64,000 bases of DNA, taken from positions 45,414 through 109,413 of the forward strand of contig PARF01000060.1 of NCBI GenBank assembly GCA_002709915.1, read 5' to 3'. Below the pieces are notes generated by a model. That model saw only the letters and a program-made list of their open reading frames with translations, searched no databases and had not been told where the DNA came from. The DNA is from Roseibacillus sp. (GTDB taxonomy: Bacteria > Verrucomicrobiota > Verrucomicrobiia > Verrucomicrobiales > Akkermansiaceae). This document shows, in pieces, positions 1 through 9,706 of this stretch; position 1 is the stretch's first letter; every line of letters begins with the position of its first letter. A program made the translations under genes and the position numbers.

Positions 1-188
1 TTTTGTATTTAGCGACTATCAACATGTCAACGGTACGCGCCCATACTTATCCACAGTTAGTCCACATCTCATTCCGATTCACTCAGTTAAAAAGGTGAAG
101 GCTAAGCTGATGGAAAAACCGGACTTCGAGAAACTCGTGCCGATTTAGGATTTTAATATTTCTACTTGTCAATCCGCTCTCATAGTAG

Positions 189-202
189 TGTTCTTTTGAA
201 CA
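189..202. promoter_or_regulatory. Putative LexA operator (SOS box), perfect palindrome TGTTC-TTTT-GAACA
   Basis: Read directly: tgttc(189-193) tttt gaaca(198-202). This matches the 14-bp TGTTC-N4-GAACA consensus reported for Verrucomicrobia LexA. It sits immediately at the 5' end of an imuA-imuB-dnaE2 cassette, a classic SOS target. Confidence 0.7.
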
Positions 203-897
203 TGCATAGCCCCCCCCTTAAGAACGGCATTGCCTCGTGCAGGGCATCCTCACTGAGCGTTCTGCGCAAGCAGATGAGGGAGCAATTTCCCATGGCCCAC
301 GAAGCCAGAACTCCTTCTTCCTCCAGTTCCTCTTCCGCGCATCTTCCACCTTTTCCATCTGGAGCCCTGTCTGAGTTAACCCCTGCCAGTCCATGCTCCG
401 GTCTCTCTCTTATTCTCGCAGAAATTCTGAGAGCAGACTCTGAACACGCACACGAAAAGAACGACTCCTGCGCTTTACCTCTTCTATTCGACGAACCGAT
501 CGCGCTCATCGATGGGAGAAACTCATTTGATCCCGGTTCCTACGATGCAGATTCATGCTCCCGCCTTCTCTGGATTCGCTGTCATGACAGCAAGGAGTCT
601 CTGCGCTGCTGTGACCTTCTTCTCCGTGACGAAAACCTGCCACTCCTTGTTCTTGACCTGCTGCTAACTCCTCCGAAGGAACTTCATCTCATCCCTAGGT
701 CATCCTGGTATCGCTTACGTAATCTAGCTCGGAGAGCTAACGCCTCCGTCCTCATCTTCACACCTCATCATCTCGTTCCCTGCGCTGCGCTCCAAATTTG
801 CCTGGACTCCTCTTTTGCGTTGTCCGCCCTGAAAAAAGATCGTCATGAACTGAAGCCTACCTACTCCCATCAGAAAATGGCTCTTCATAATTCGTAA
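202..897 (+). CDS. imuA: ImuA-like protein (RecA/SulA-fold, first gene of the mutagenesis cassette)
   Basis: About 230-aa ORF directly upstream of imuB and dnaE2. The segments FPSGALSELTP..GLSLILAEIL and LLVLDLL..RLRNLARRANASVLIF resemble the ImuA core. The start is uncertain: TTG 166, ATG 202 (overlaps the LexA box), or ATG 292 (preceded by gagggag). Confidence 0.6.
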   Translation: MHSPPLKNGIASCRASSLSVLRKQMREQFPMAHEARTPSSSSSSSAHLPPFPSGALSELTPASPCSGLSLILAEILRADSEHAHEKNDSCALPLLFDEPIALIDGRNSFDPGSYDADSCSRLLWIRCHDSKESLRCCDLLLRDENLPLLVLDLLLTPPKELHLIPRSSWYRLRNLARRANASVLIFTPHHLVPCAALQICLDSSFALSALKKDRHELKPTYSHQKMALHNS

Positions 898-1012
898 GGA
901 AATCCTTTCTTCCCCCTGAACGGAAAAGACTCCGGGGAAGGTCCACGCTTAAAGCAAAGAAAAAGGCTGCCCGCCTCTACTCTCTTCGCTCATCCACCAA
1001 AAAGCTCTCCCG

Positions 1013-2611
1013 TTGTACGCTTCTTTTCAAGTTCCACTGTTCTCTCTAGCTATCCTTCTCCGGGATAGGCCGGACCTTATTTCTGGACCCGTTGCCCTTG
1101 TTTGCTGCGCACCCGATTCAGATACCTCAACCCCTTCTACTGCTGCAAAACCAGTCATTCTTGCAGTAAATCATGAGGCGGCTCGATGCCGTGTCACCGA
1201 GGGACTTTCCCCTACCAAGGCCCTAGCACGCTGTCCTCACCTTAATCTTATTTCCTCAAACCCTGCGGACGAATGCCTGCACCAGGATGCTCTTCGTGAA
1301 TACCTCGCTTCTCTAGGATCTGACTTTGAAGAGACCGCTATGGGCGTCTTTATCCTGGACCTGATGTCGATTCCACACGCCATGAAATTCCCGGGAGAAT
1401 GGGTCGAGCAGGCCCTGCGTAAGGCCACACCCCTCCGCCTTCCACTCGATGTCGCTCTGGCCAGAACTCCAGACCTTTCCATTCTCGCAGGACAATCTCC
1501 TGCCCTGCGTCATACTCTCCGATTTAATGCAGATCCCATCTTCTGTATGGCGCAACACCCCACTTTCGCAATTCAACATATCGACTCTCAACCCGTTCAC
1601 TCTCTTAATTGCGTATCCACTGAGATTGCTCTGGAGGCGGAACTTCTTTCACTCTGGGGCATCGAAACTCTGGGCCAGCTTGCCAACCTGCCGCGGCAGG
1701 GCCTCGCAGAGAGGCTCGGCCCTGAAGCGAAGATAGCTCATGACGTTCTCCATGGAAAACATCACCGACTACTGCGGCTTCACCGCCCTCCAGAGCGATT
1801 TAATCTCAGCCAGCAACTTGAGTATCCTATCGAAACGATGGAGCCCCTTCTCTTCGCTCTTAACCGAGGTTTAAGAACCCTCTGCTCACGACTGCAATCC
1901 TCTCAGCGAGCCGCTTCTTCTCTCAGAATCACTCTGACATTTGACGATGGAGACCTGTATGCGCACAAAATCGAACTTCCCGAACCAACCTGCGACTCAT
2001 CCCTGCTATTAAGGGTTATCCAGACTCACTTGAGTACTATTCATGCTCCAGCTCCAGCAACTGGCTGGTCTCTTCACCTGACCTCGGCCAGCCACGAAGG
2101 AAAACAATATCATCTTTTCAAGCGATCCCTCAAAAACTCCCGTAGATTCATGGATACCCTTGGGCGAATCAATGCCCTTCTGGGACCCGGGCGTCTGGGA
2201 GTACCGTTCCTTCTCGATACTCATCGCCCGGATTCCTTCCAGATCAAAGGTGCTCTGTGCGGCGATAACATCGCAGCGAAGGAAGATCAAAACGGATACA
2301 ATTCATCACCTCGTTGCGGACTGATTCAAAACGGCACCTCCTTACCTCTAAGCCGTTTCAGGCCAACACTTCCCATTCATGTCGTATCTGACCCGGAAGG
2401 ACGGTTTCCCAAGCCTCTTGCTCTCCTGAACGGCCCATACTGCGGTCCTGTCACAACCTCCAATGGCCCCTTTCCTATCTCCGGCCACTGGTGGGATCCT
2501 GTGGAACGCTGGCAGCAAGTTGAGTGGGATATTCAACTCACAAGTAACGTGCTCCTGCGTCTTGCATACCACTCCCCAAACCACTGGGTCCTTGAAGGAA
2601 TTTATCAATGA
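1013..2611 (+). CDS. imuB: ImuB, Y-family DNA polymerase-like protein
   Basis: 532-aa ORF with a Y-family/ImuB-like N-terminus (MYASFQVPLFSLAILLRDRPDL..PVALV). Its position between imuA and dnaE2 fits. Its stop overlaps the dnaE2 start (ATGA at 2608-2611). TTG start. Confidence 0.75.
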   Translation: MYASFQVPLFSLAILLRDRPDLISGPVALVCCAPDSDTSTPSTAAKPVILAVNHEAARCRVTEGLSPTKALARCPHLNLISSNPADECLHQDALREYLASLGSDFEETAMGVFILDLMSIPHAMKFPGEWVEQALRKATPLRLPLDVALARTPDLSILAGQSPALRHTLRFNADPIFCMAQHPTFAIQHIDSQPVHSLNCVSTEIALEAELLSLWGIETLGQLANLPRQGLAERLGPEAKIAHDVLHGKHHRLLRLHRPPERFNLSQQLEYPIETMEPLLFALNRGLRTLCSRLQSSQRAASSLRITLTFDDGDLYAHKIELPEPTCDSSLLLRVIQTHLSTIHAPAPATGWSLHLTSASHEGKQYHLFKRSLKNSRRFMDTLGRINALLGPGRLGVPFLLDTHRPDSFQIKGALCGDNIAAKEDQNGYNSSPRCGLIQNGTSLPLSRFRPTLPIHVVSDPEGRFPKPLALLNGPYCGPVTTSNGPFPISGHWWDPVERWQQVEWDIQLTSNVLLRLAYHSPNHWVLEGIYQ

Positions 2612-5600
2612 TTCCTGTCCTTCCCGGATTACTCCATGCGTCACTGCTTAACCCTTCTCTGAACTTGTTTACTGAACTCTATGCGAGATCTTCTTTTTCC
2701 TTCCTTCGAGGAGCAAGCCATCCGCAGGATCTCATTCAGCGCGCATCTGAACTTAACTACAAATCCATTGCCATTCTGGATCACATGGGTGTCTACGGAT
2801 CCGTTCAAGCTCATCTGGCCGCTCGAAGGAATGGGATTCGAGCACACGTAGGGGCAACCGTTGAGCTACCGGGAAGACATCTGGGAGGTTCGTATCTGGA
2901 AATACCCCTGCTGGTCGACAGTACTAAAGGATACCAGAATCTATGCCATCTTCTGACAGAGATACATTGTCGTTCCGAAGTATTTTCCCCAGACGCATTA
3001 TCCAATAATTCAGAGCCTTCTGTTTTTTTCCCATCTCATACGGAAGGAATAATTGCACTTCTGACTCCTGAGTCTTTGCCCTCTTTGGACAGAAAAACCC
3101 TTTTGAGGGTCGCCCTGATGCTTGGTCGAACCTTTGGAAAGCAGAATGTCTACATCACTCTCACCCGTCATCACAACAGAAGCACCGATCGAATAAACCG
3201 ACTGCTCATAGACCTTGCTCAATCTCTCAACATTCCTCTGTTGGCATCCAATGCTCCTCTATTTTCTCATCGACGATGCCGCCTACTTGCAGACTGCTTC
3301 ACATGCCTGCGTCATCATACGACTCTGGATGAGGCCGGAACCTTGCTCGCCTCAAATTCTGAAAGATATCTTAAATCTCCAGATCATATGTCCGCGTTGT
3401 TTGGCGATCAGCAGCAAGCCCTTATCAATACTGAAATTTTATCTGAGCGCCTCGCGTTCACCCTCGATGACCTGGAATACAAGTTCCCCTCCTACCATGA
3501 AAACGGGAAAAGCCTGACACTCGATGAGGAGGCCAGGCTTCTGCGCAAACTGACTTTTCGTGGAGCGCGAAACCGCTATGGCAAAATCGGAATAAAGGTC
3601 CGCCAGCAACTCGAGCACGAGCTATCCTTAATCATTCGTCTCCGATTTTCCGGGTATTTCCTGATCGTCTGGGAGATCGTAGAATTTGCAAAGTCTCAAG
3701 GAATACTCTGCCAGGGTCGTGGCTCTGCTGCCAACTCAGCGGTGTGTTATTGTCTGGGGATTACAGCCTGCGATCCCGTTGGTGGCGGCCTCCTCTTTGA
3801 GCGATTCTTGTCCGAAAACAGACGGTCGTGGCCAGATATCGATATTGACTTTCCTTCGGGAGAACGACGTGAGGCGGTCATACAACACGTGTTTCAGAAA
3901 TACGCTCCAAGAGGAGCCGCGATGACCGCTAACGTGATCACCTATCGCCCAAAATCTGCATTTCGGGAAATATCAAAGGTCCTCGGACTCCCCGATTCAA
4001 TCGCTGCACGTTTCTCGTCTCTGATATCCTCGCCCCATTCACCTGATACTACCGGCGATAGAACCAACCCTCCTCCGGATGCTGGTAAAAAGTGCACTAC
4101 AGCTCCTGAGGCAGAGGAAATTCCAGACGGCCAAATGCTCCCCATGAGGGATCTCGGGCAACTGAGAAAAACCCTGAACCAATCGGGACTCTCTCAGGAT
4201 CACCCCCGCTTCAGGCCTCTCATACACCTTTATCACGAGATTTTATCATTCCCTCGACATCTTGGGCAGCACTCCGGGGGAATGATTATCTGTGACACCG
4301 GACTCGACTCCATCGTTCCTCTACAACCCGCGTCCATGCCAAACCGCACTATCGTACAATGGGATAAGGATGACTGCGAAGAGCTTGGGATTGTCAAAGT
4401 CGACCTCCTTGGTCTTGGCATGCTCGCAGCCATGGAGGACAGCCTCAGGATCTGTCGCCAGAGGGGGAAACCCATTGATTTGGCACACATTCCCCATGAT
4501 GACGCTGCCACCTTCGATCTGCTTTGTCGTGCAGATACCGTTGGCACTTTTCAAGTCGAATCTCGAGCCCAAATGGCAACTCTTCCAATCATGCAACCTC
4601 GGGAATTTTACGACCTCGTCGTCGAGATTGCTCTCATCCGCCCCGGACCTATCGTGGGTGAACTTGTTCACCCTTACCTGAACCGGCGAAACGGTCGTGC
4701 TCCCATCGACTATATCCACCCTGATTTCCAACCGGTTCTGGAACGGACCCTCGGAGTTCCTCTCTTTCAGGAACAAGTTCTGCGCATGGCTATGATCGTA
4801 GCCGGCTTCGATGGAGCTGAAGCCGATGAACTACGCCGTGCGATGGCTTTTAAGCGCTCGGATGAACGAATGGAGAGCATCGTGGACAAATTACGTTCAC
4901 GCATGTCCGACCGTTACATAAATCCTGAAGTTCAGGAGAAGGTGATCCGCTCTATCAGCTCTTTCGCTCTTTATGGATTTCCCGAGAGTCACGCTATCTC
5001 CTTTGCTCTCCTCGCCTATGCTTCCTGCTGGCTGAAAACTCACCATCCTGCTGAGTTCTTCGCCGGCCTCCTTAACAACCAGCCAATGGGCTTCTATCCA
5101 GTCGCCAGCCTTTTACACGATGCGCGTCGACGCGGCATTCATATCAAACCGGTATCTGTGATACACTCCTCTCTCGAAACATCTGTCGTTGATGACAAAA
5201 CTCTCAGACTAGGCCTTCAACACCTTAAAAACATCTCCAGCTCTACCATCTCTGAGCTCCTGGAAACCCGATCCCACAACCAGTTCATTGATCTAGCTGA
5301 TTTCCTCCGTCGTGTTCAACTCAACAAAAAAGAGCGCCGTCTTCTTGCTGCCGCAGGATCTTTAGATGACCTGCCAGGTGTTGCTCACCGCCGAGATGCC
5401 CTCTGGCAGGGAGAACACCTTCCGGAAGAGGACCTTCTCAACCGCTGCAACGATCCCCATTTGAACAACTCCGAAGTAGCAACACCTGAAATTTCCTGCC
5501 CACTTCTCCCTATGAATGATTTGGAAAAACTCACCGCAGATTACCGTTCTCAGGGATACAGTCCAGGACCACACCCCATGGCTCTGCTACGCAAATCTTG

Positions 5601-5994
5601 GACACATAAATTTAAGAGCGTGGAAAGTAATTCCCGCCGAGGAAAGCACAGTGCGTCTATCAACCCCTCTTTGCTCGCCAAAGCCTGCGATTTCAAATTC
5701 ATACCACACGGCCAGCATGTCAGCTGTGTTGGACTTGTAATCTGCCGCCAAAGACCCAGCACCGCAAAAGGACACTGCTTCATTTCTCTTGAAGACGAGA
5801 CGGGAACTGCAAACCTTTTTATTCCTCGCTCTACCTTCCTGAATTACCGCCTCGTTATCACCACCGAACAACTTCTCCTCTGTCACGGCAGAATACAGGT
5901 CGGAGAAGGTGGTTCTCATACTCTTTACACGACATACGTAGAACCTCTACCTCTTGAGCTTTCGCTCGAAACCCAAAGTCATGACTTCCACTAG
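2608..5994 (+). CDS. dnaE2: Error-prone DNA polymerase III alpha subunit DnaE2 (ImuC)
   Basis: 1128 aa. It has an N-terminal PHP domain (ELYARSSFSFLRGASHP..LNYKSIAILDHMGVYG), a PolIIIA core (GRGSAANSAVCYCLGIT, DIDIDF, HSGGMII, FQVESRAQM) and a C-terminal OB region. Cassette context fits. Confidence 0.9.
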   Translation: MIPVLPGLLHASLLNPSLNLFTELYARSSFSFLRGASHPQDLIQRASELNYKSIAILDHMGVYGSVQAHLAARRNGIRAHVGATVELPGRHLGGSYLEIPLLVDSTKGYQNLCHLLTEIHCRSEVFSPDALSNNSEPSVFFPSHTEGIIALLTPESLPSLDRKTLLRVALMLGRTFGKQNVYITLTRHHNRSTDRINRLLIDLAQSLNIPLLASNAPLFSHRRCRLLADCFTCLRHHTTLDEAGTLLASNSERYLKSPDHMSALFGDQQQALINTEILSERLAFTLDDLEYKFPSYHENGKSLTLDEEARLLRKLTFRGARNRYGKIGIKVRQQLEHELSLIIRLRFSGYFLIVWEIVEFAKSQGILCQGRGSAANSAVCYCLGITACDPVGGGLLFERFLSENRRSWPDIDIDFPSGERREAVIQHVFQKYAPRGAAMTANVITYRPKSAFREISKVLGLPDSIAARFSSLISSPHSPDTTGDRTNPPPDAGKKCTTAPEAEEIPDGQMLPMRDLGQLRKTLNQSGLSQDHPRFRPLIHLYHEILSFPRHLGQHSGGMIICDTGLDSIVPLQPASMPNRTIVQWDKDDCEELGIVKVDLLGLGMLAAMEDSLRICRQRGKPIDLAHIPHDDAATFDLLCRADTVGTFQVESRAQMATLPIMQPREFYDLVVEIALIRPGPIVGELVHPYLNRRNGRAPIDYIHPDFQPVLERTLGVPLFQEQVLRMAMIVAGFDGAEADELRRAMAFKRSDERMESIVDKLRSRMSDRYINPEVQEKVIRSISSFALYGFPESHAISFALLAYASCWLKTHHPAEFFAGLLNNQPMGFYPVASLLHDARRRGIHIKPVSVIHSSLETSVVDDKTLRLGLQHLKNISSSTISELLETRSHNQFIDLADFLRRVQLNKKERRLLAAAGSLDDLPGVAHRRDALWQGEHLPEEDLLNRCNDPHLNNSEVATPEISCPLLPMNDLEKLTADYRSQGYSPGPHPMALLRKSWTHKFKSVESNSRRGKHSASINPSLLAKACDFKFIPHGQHVSCVGLVICRQRPSTAKGHCFISLEDETGTANLFIPRSTFLNYRLVITTEQLLLCHGRIQVGEGGSHTLYTTYVEPLPLELSLETQSHDFH

Positions 5995-6049
5995 CAAAGG
6001 AGCACAATCGCCACAACTGCACCTTCTTCGAGGTTCATAAGCGCAGCAC

Positions 6050-6126
6050 TGGAGCCAGCTGTCGGACTCGAACCGACAACCACTCGATTACAAATCGAGA
6101 GCTCTACCAATTGAAGCTAAGCTGGC
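6050..6126 (-). tRNA. tRNA-Thr (anticodon TGT), CCA encoded
   Basis: The reverse complement folds as a cloverleaf: acceptor GCCAGCT/AGCTGGC, D stem GCTT/GAGC, anticodon stem CTCGA/TCGAG with loop TTTGTAA (anticodon TGT), T stem GTCGG/CCGAC with loop TTCGAGT, discriminator T, then CCA. Length 77 nt. Confidence 0.9.
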
Positions 6127-6217
6127 CTTACTCGCAGCGCCTCCAGTATATGCTCAATTTCAGAGAAGCTGCAAGTCGGGGGTAGAGAGAAAGGGCAACT
6201 TGGTTTACTCTGTCCTC

Positions 6218-7333
6218 ATGAATATTGGGATACTCAGGGAAGTGAAGCCTCAAGAGCACCGTGTGGGCATGATTCCGGCTTCTGCGGGAGAATTAGTCAA
6301 ACAAGGTCACCGGGTAGTGATTGAGAAAGGCGCAGGCGCCAATTCCAGCTATCTCGACAAAGAATACCAACTAGCTGGCGTGGAGGTCTTACCTACCGCT
6401 GAAGCTGTCTTCGAGGAAGCCCAGCTCGTCGTGAAGGTCAAAGAGCCTCAACCCTCTGAAGTTGAAATGCTTGGGCCTGAACATACGCTTTTCACATACC
6501 TTCATTTAGCTGCTGATAAGTCTCTGACCGAGTCCCTTACCGCGACTGGCTGCACCGCGATTGCCTACGAAACCCTCGAGGTTGGAGGACGGCTCCCCCT
6601 TCTTGAACCAATGAGCGAATTAGCCGGCCGCATGGCCGCCATATTTGGCTCCTACCACCTCGCAAACCACCGGGGCGGTCGTGGCATCCTTCTTGGAGGC
6701 GTCCCCGGCGTCGCTCCAGGGCGGGTCATGGTTATCGGCGGCGGCACAGCCGGCGTGAACGCCGCCCGGGTAGCAACCGGAATTGGTGCTGATGTCACCA
6801 TCGTTGAGGTCGACGTCGAGCGGATGCGATTTCTGGATATCACTCTTCAGGAAGCGCACACCCTGTATTCCACCGAAGCCAATATTGCATCACTACTGCC
6901 CCGGATTGATCTTATCATTGGAGCCGTCCTCATTCCGGGAGCGGCAGCTCCAAAACTAATGACACGAGAAATGCTGAGGCAGATGGCACCGGGCAGTGTT
7001 TTTGTCGATATCGCAATCGATCAGGGTGGCTGCTCGGAGACAAGCCTCCCTACCAGTCACGATAATCCAACCTACTTCGAAGAGGACGTTCTTCATTATT
7101 GTGTCACCAACATGCCCGGTGCCTACTCTCGGACAGCGACTCAGGCCTTAAACAACGTCACAACACGGTGGATTTCACTTCTGGCTACTAACGATCTTCA
7201 AAATGCATGTCGTAAGCGACCGGAGCTTCTCTCTGGAATTAACTGCACAAGGGGAAAACTAACCTGTGCACCCGTTGGGGAAGCTCACAGCCTTTCGACT
7301 GTCAGCCCTGCGGAAGTCCTCGAACTCCATTGA
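6218..7333 (+). CDS. ald: Alanine dehydrogenase
   Basis: [40 protein letters not shown] is a typical Ald N-terminus. NAD-binding motif [20 protein letters not shown] 6218 is preferred over TTG 6200. Confidence 0.9.
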   Translation: MNIGILREVKPQEHRVGMIPASAGELVKQGHRVVIEKGAGANSSYLDKEYQLAGVEVLPTAEAVFEEAQLVVKVKEPQPSEVEMLGPEHTLFTYLHLAADKSLTESLTATGCTAIAYETLEVGGRLPLLEPMSELAGRMAAIFGSYHLANHRGGRGILLGGVPGVAPGRVMVIGGGTAGVNAARVATGIGADVTIVEVDVERMRFLDITLQEAHTLYSTEANIASLLPRIDLIIGAVLIPGAAAPKLMTREMLRQMAPGSVFVDIAIDQGGCSETSLPTSHDNPTYFEEDVLHYCVTNMPGAYSRTATQALNNVTTRWISLLATNDLQNACRKRPELLSGINCTRGKLTCAPVGEAHSLSTVSPAEVLELH

Positions 7334-7405
7334 TGCACCTCCCGTCCCGTATCTGAAGGAAAGCTCCTCCCCAATTTAACTGCGTAAGATATATTCTCTT
7401 CCTGA

Positions 7406-8620
7406 TCAGTCCACTTCGACAGGTCTTTTTCCTCGGAGATGAGGCCAGATCATGAGCGTTGCTACCATGATCAAAATAAATCCTGCCCCGCCTATCACCC
7501 GAGGTCCGAACAATACAATCACGGGAAAGGCTACAAAAGGCGCGATCACACCTCTGACTCCGCACATGAAGGTGTGGACACTCATATATTCGGCAACTTG
7601 GTCTGCTTTCGCAAACTTGGTAACCCATAAGCTCCACGCGATATTTCCTCCTGCTCGACCAATTCCGTGTAGCGAGATACCCACACAAAGGGCCCACATC
7701 CCTTCTCCAAAAAAGTAGAACAAGACTACGCACATGAAGAACACGTTCAAAATCATGCGCACGAGGAAGAAATTCACCCGGTCAAAAACGATGCCCCATA
7801 TAACCACGGTGAGAAGAAACATGATCTCCGGAAGTGACCCGGTTATAAAGGCAATGGTAAATTCAGTAAGCTCATATCCGTAATCAGGATTGGAGACATA
7901 CTCCACAAAGATCGACCAGCAGAGGAGGTTGCCAAAACCAAGAATCATCCATGAAGTCAGCAGAGACCGAAAGACCCGGTCTTTCCGCAGATGTTCGAGA
8001 GCACCAAACAGCCTGACCTGATTTGATCTTTGCAGGTAAACAGGCTTTATCACCATAACGCAACCTGCCATCAGCACGCAACAGATCGCATAGACGAGGA
8101 GAACCAGCCTGAAATCATCCAGGTCGTTTTCCAGAACCTTCCCGAAAACAAGGGCTGCCAGTAAAGCCGAGGCCTTTCTCACTACGGCAGTCGAAGCAAA
8201 CAGTCTCCCCCTGGACCGATCAGGGTAATGCTTCCGGTAAATTTGGGACATCAGAGGAATACTGAGAGTAATGCAGAGTTGCGCGACTACCATGGCAGGG
8301 AGAAAAACCTTGAAACAGCTCCCGCCGATCACCGCAACTACGAGACTTCCTCCCGAAATCATCCAGAGCAGAGAAGTGCCAAGGTTGACCGAGATTCCGG
8401 TTCTCCGAACTAGCTGAACCGGGAAAAGGCTCAGAAGAAGACCACAACTTGAGGCTGCAACCAGAGTAGCCTTCTGCCATGCATCCGCCTCAAAGACACG
8501 TACTGCAATCAGGACCACGAAGGTCATCGCCATCGTCTCAAGACACCCCCCCGGCCAAGCCCGCAGATTATCCAGAATGAAAGTTCTCCTCGCGGGATTT
8601 TCTGAGGGAACAACCGACAT
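7406..8620 (-). CDS. MFS transporter (substrate unknown)
   Basis: 404 aa with about 12 hydrophobic helices in a 6+6 arrangement around a central charged loop (QRSNQVRLFGALEHLRKDR). Confidence 0.6.
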   Translation of the reverse strand: MSVVPSENPARRTFILDNLRAWPGGCLETMAMTFVVLIAVRVFEADAWQKATLVAASSCGLLLSLFPVQLVRRTGISVNLGTSLLWMISGGSLVVAVIGGSCFKVFLPAMVVAQLCITLSIPLMSQIYRKHYPDRSRGRLFASTAVVRKASALLAALVFGKVLENDLDDFRLVLLVYAICCVLMAGCVMVIKPVYLQRSNQVRLFGALEHLRKDRVFRSLLTSWMILGFGNLLCWSIFVEYVSNPDYGYELTEFTIAFITGSLPEIMFLLTVVIWGIVFDRVNFFLVRMILNVFFMCVVLFYFFGEGMWALCVGISLHGIGRAGGNIAWSLWVTKFAKADQVAEYMSVHTFMCGVRGVIAPFVAFPVIVLFGPRVIGGAGFILIMVATLMIWPHLRGKRPVEVD

Positions 8621-8631
8621 TCTAGGGATTT

Positions 8632-9621
8632 CTAAACATCCTGGAAGCGCGTTGCGAGCACCCAGAAAAACAGGACCGAAACAAGTAGTGCTGCAGCTCC
8701 CACATGCAGAACCTGCACAACTTTCAATACTCCCACATGAGCAAGCAACACGCCCATCACGAGAAGCGAACCAACAAGAAAACCAATCATCTTATCCGGC
8801 CACCATATCCCCCCGGAAGACTTCCTGAGTAAAAACAGAAGTGCCGCAGCTCCAACTACGATCAGCCACGAAAAACTCCTATGAACCAGATAAACTCCGG
8901 ATTTTTCGAGCTCCTGGGTCCAGAGAGCGCGCTCATCAGATCCCGCGCTCTTAGCCAGTTCATCCGTTAACTCCCTGACCTGCGCTCCCAGCACCCCCTC
9001 GGCTACGGTCAGACCAAAGACAACAATGCCCAATACGCGGATCGCTTTTCCTCTCCGCCCCGTAAGAACTCTGCGCACCGGATCCGCGCAACCTTTCCAC
9101 GAGACGTAAACAAGGACACATAATAGAACAATCGCGAGACCCACATGCAGCGTGATCATCCCCGGCTTCAAACCGCTCAAAACGACTCTCCGCCCCAGCT
9201 CAGCATTAATGAGAACCAATAAGAATGCTGATACACTCATCAGACAGACAACACCGCTTCTTTTTCTTCGCCAGAAGGAGGCAATCATCAAAGCCATTGA
9301 CAGAATTCCTACTGGCATCGCGCAAAGGCGGTTGATGTATTCGACCCATGTATGAAGAGGATTGAATTCGTCGCGAAGGGAATCGCGGGTAACTTCCGCT
9401 GGGTCCCGGCCAAACCGCTCAGCTTTTTTCCTGAATTTTTCGAGATCTATTTTATCGAAATCTATCTGTTCAACGCTCGTTGGCGGCACGAGTTCCCCCC
9501 AGCAGGTTGGCCAGTCAGGACAGCCAAGCCCAGATCCCGTGGCTCTTACAATTGCGCCTGCGAAAAGAAGCAGCAAAACCGAAATTAGTGCCGCAATAGC
9601 CAGCTTCTGAAAGCGCTCCAT
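8632..9621 (-). CDS. ctaA: Heme A synthase, COX15/CtaA family
   Basis: N-terminal TM helix followed by the GSGLGCPDWPTCWG motif. Polytopic, with conserved His residues (HTW.., HVG.., HRS.., HVG). Confidence 0.8.
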   Translation of the reverse strand: MERFQKLAIAALISVLLLLFAGAIVRATGSGLGCPDWPTCWGELVPPTSVEQIDFDKIDLEKFRKKAERFGRDPAEVTRDSLRDEFNPLHTWVEYINRLCAMPVGILSMALMIASFWRRKRSGVVCLMSVSAFLLVLINAELGRRVVLSGLKPGMITLHVGLAIVLLCVLVYVSWKGCADPVRRVLTGRRGKAIRVLGIVVFGLTVAEGVLGAQVRELTDELAKSAGSDERALWTQELEKSGVYLVHRSFSWLIVVGAAALLFLLRKSSGGIWWPDKMIGFLVGSLLVMGVLLAHVGVLKVVQVLHVGAAALLVSVLFFWVLATRFQDV

Positions 9622-9706
9622 CTAATTGCAAAATTTGTGGTCCACTGACAGAGATACCGGAGAGTCTGGGATGGCGAACCTTTCCTGATCTCGATCACCC
9701 TCTGCC

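Noticed and set aside
101-140. A possible att-like remnant of the tRNA-Thr upstream of imuA. The 9-mer gctaagctg and a loose cggact.cga match are shared with the tRNA gene at 6050-6126.
   Set aside because: The matching pieces are in the wrong relative order for a tRNA 3'-end direct repeat. The rest aligns poorly. By rough estimate, a single 9-mer match has about a 0.1 probability of arising by chance.
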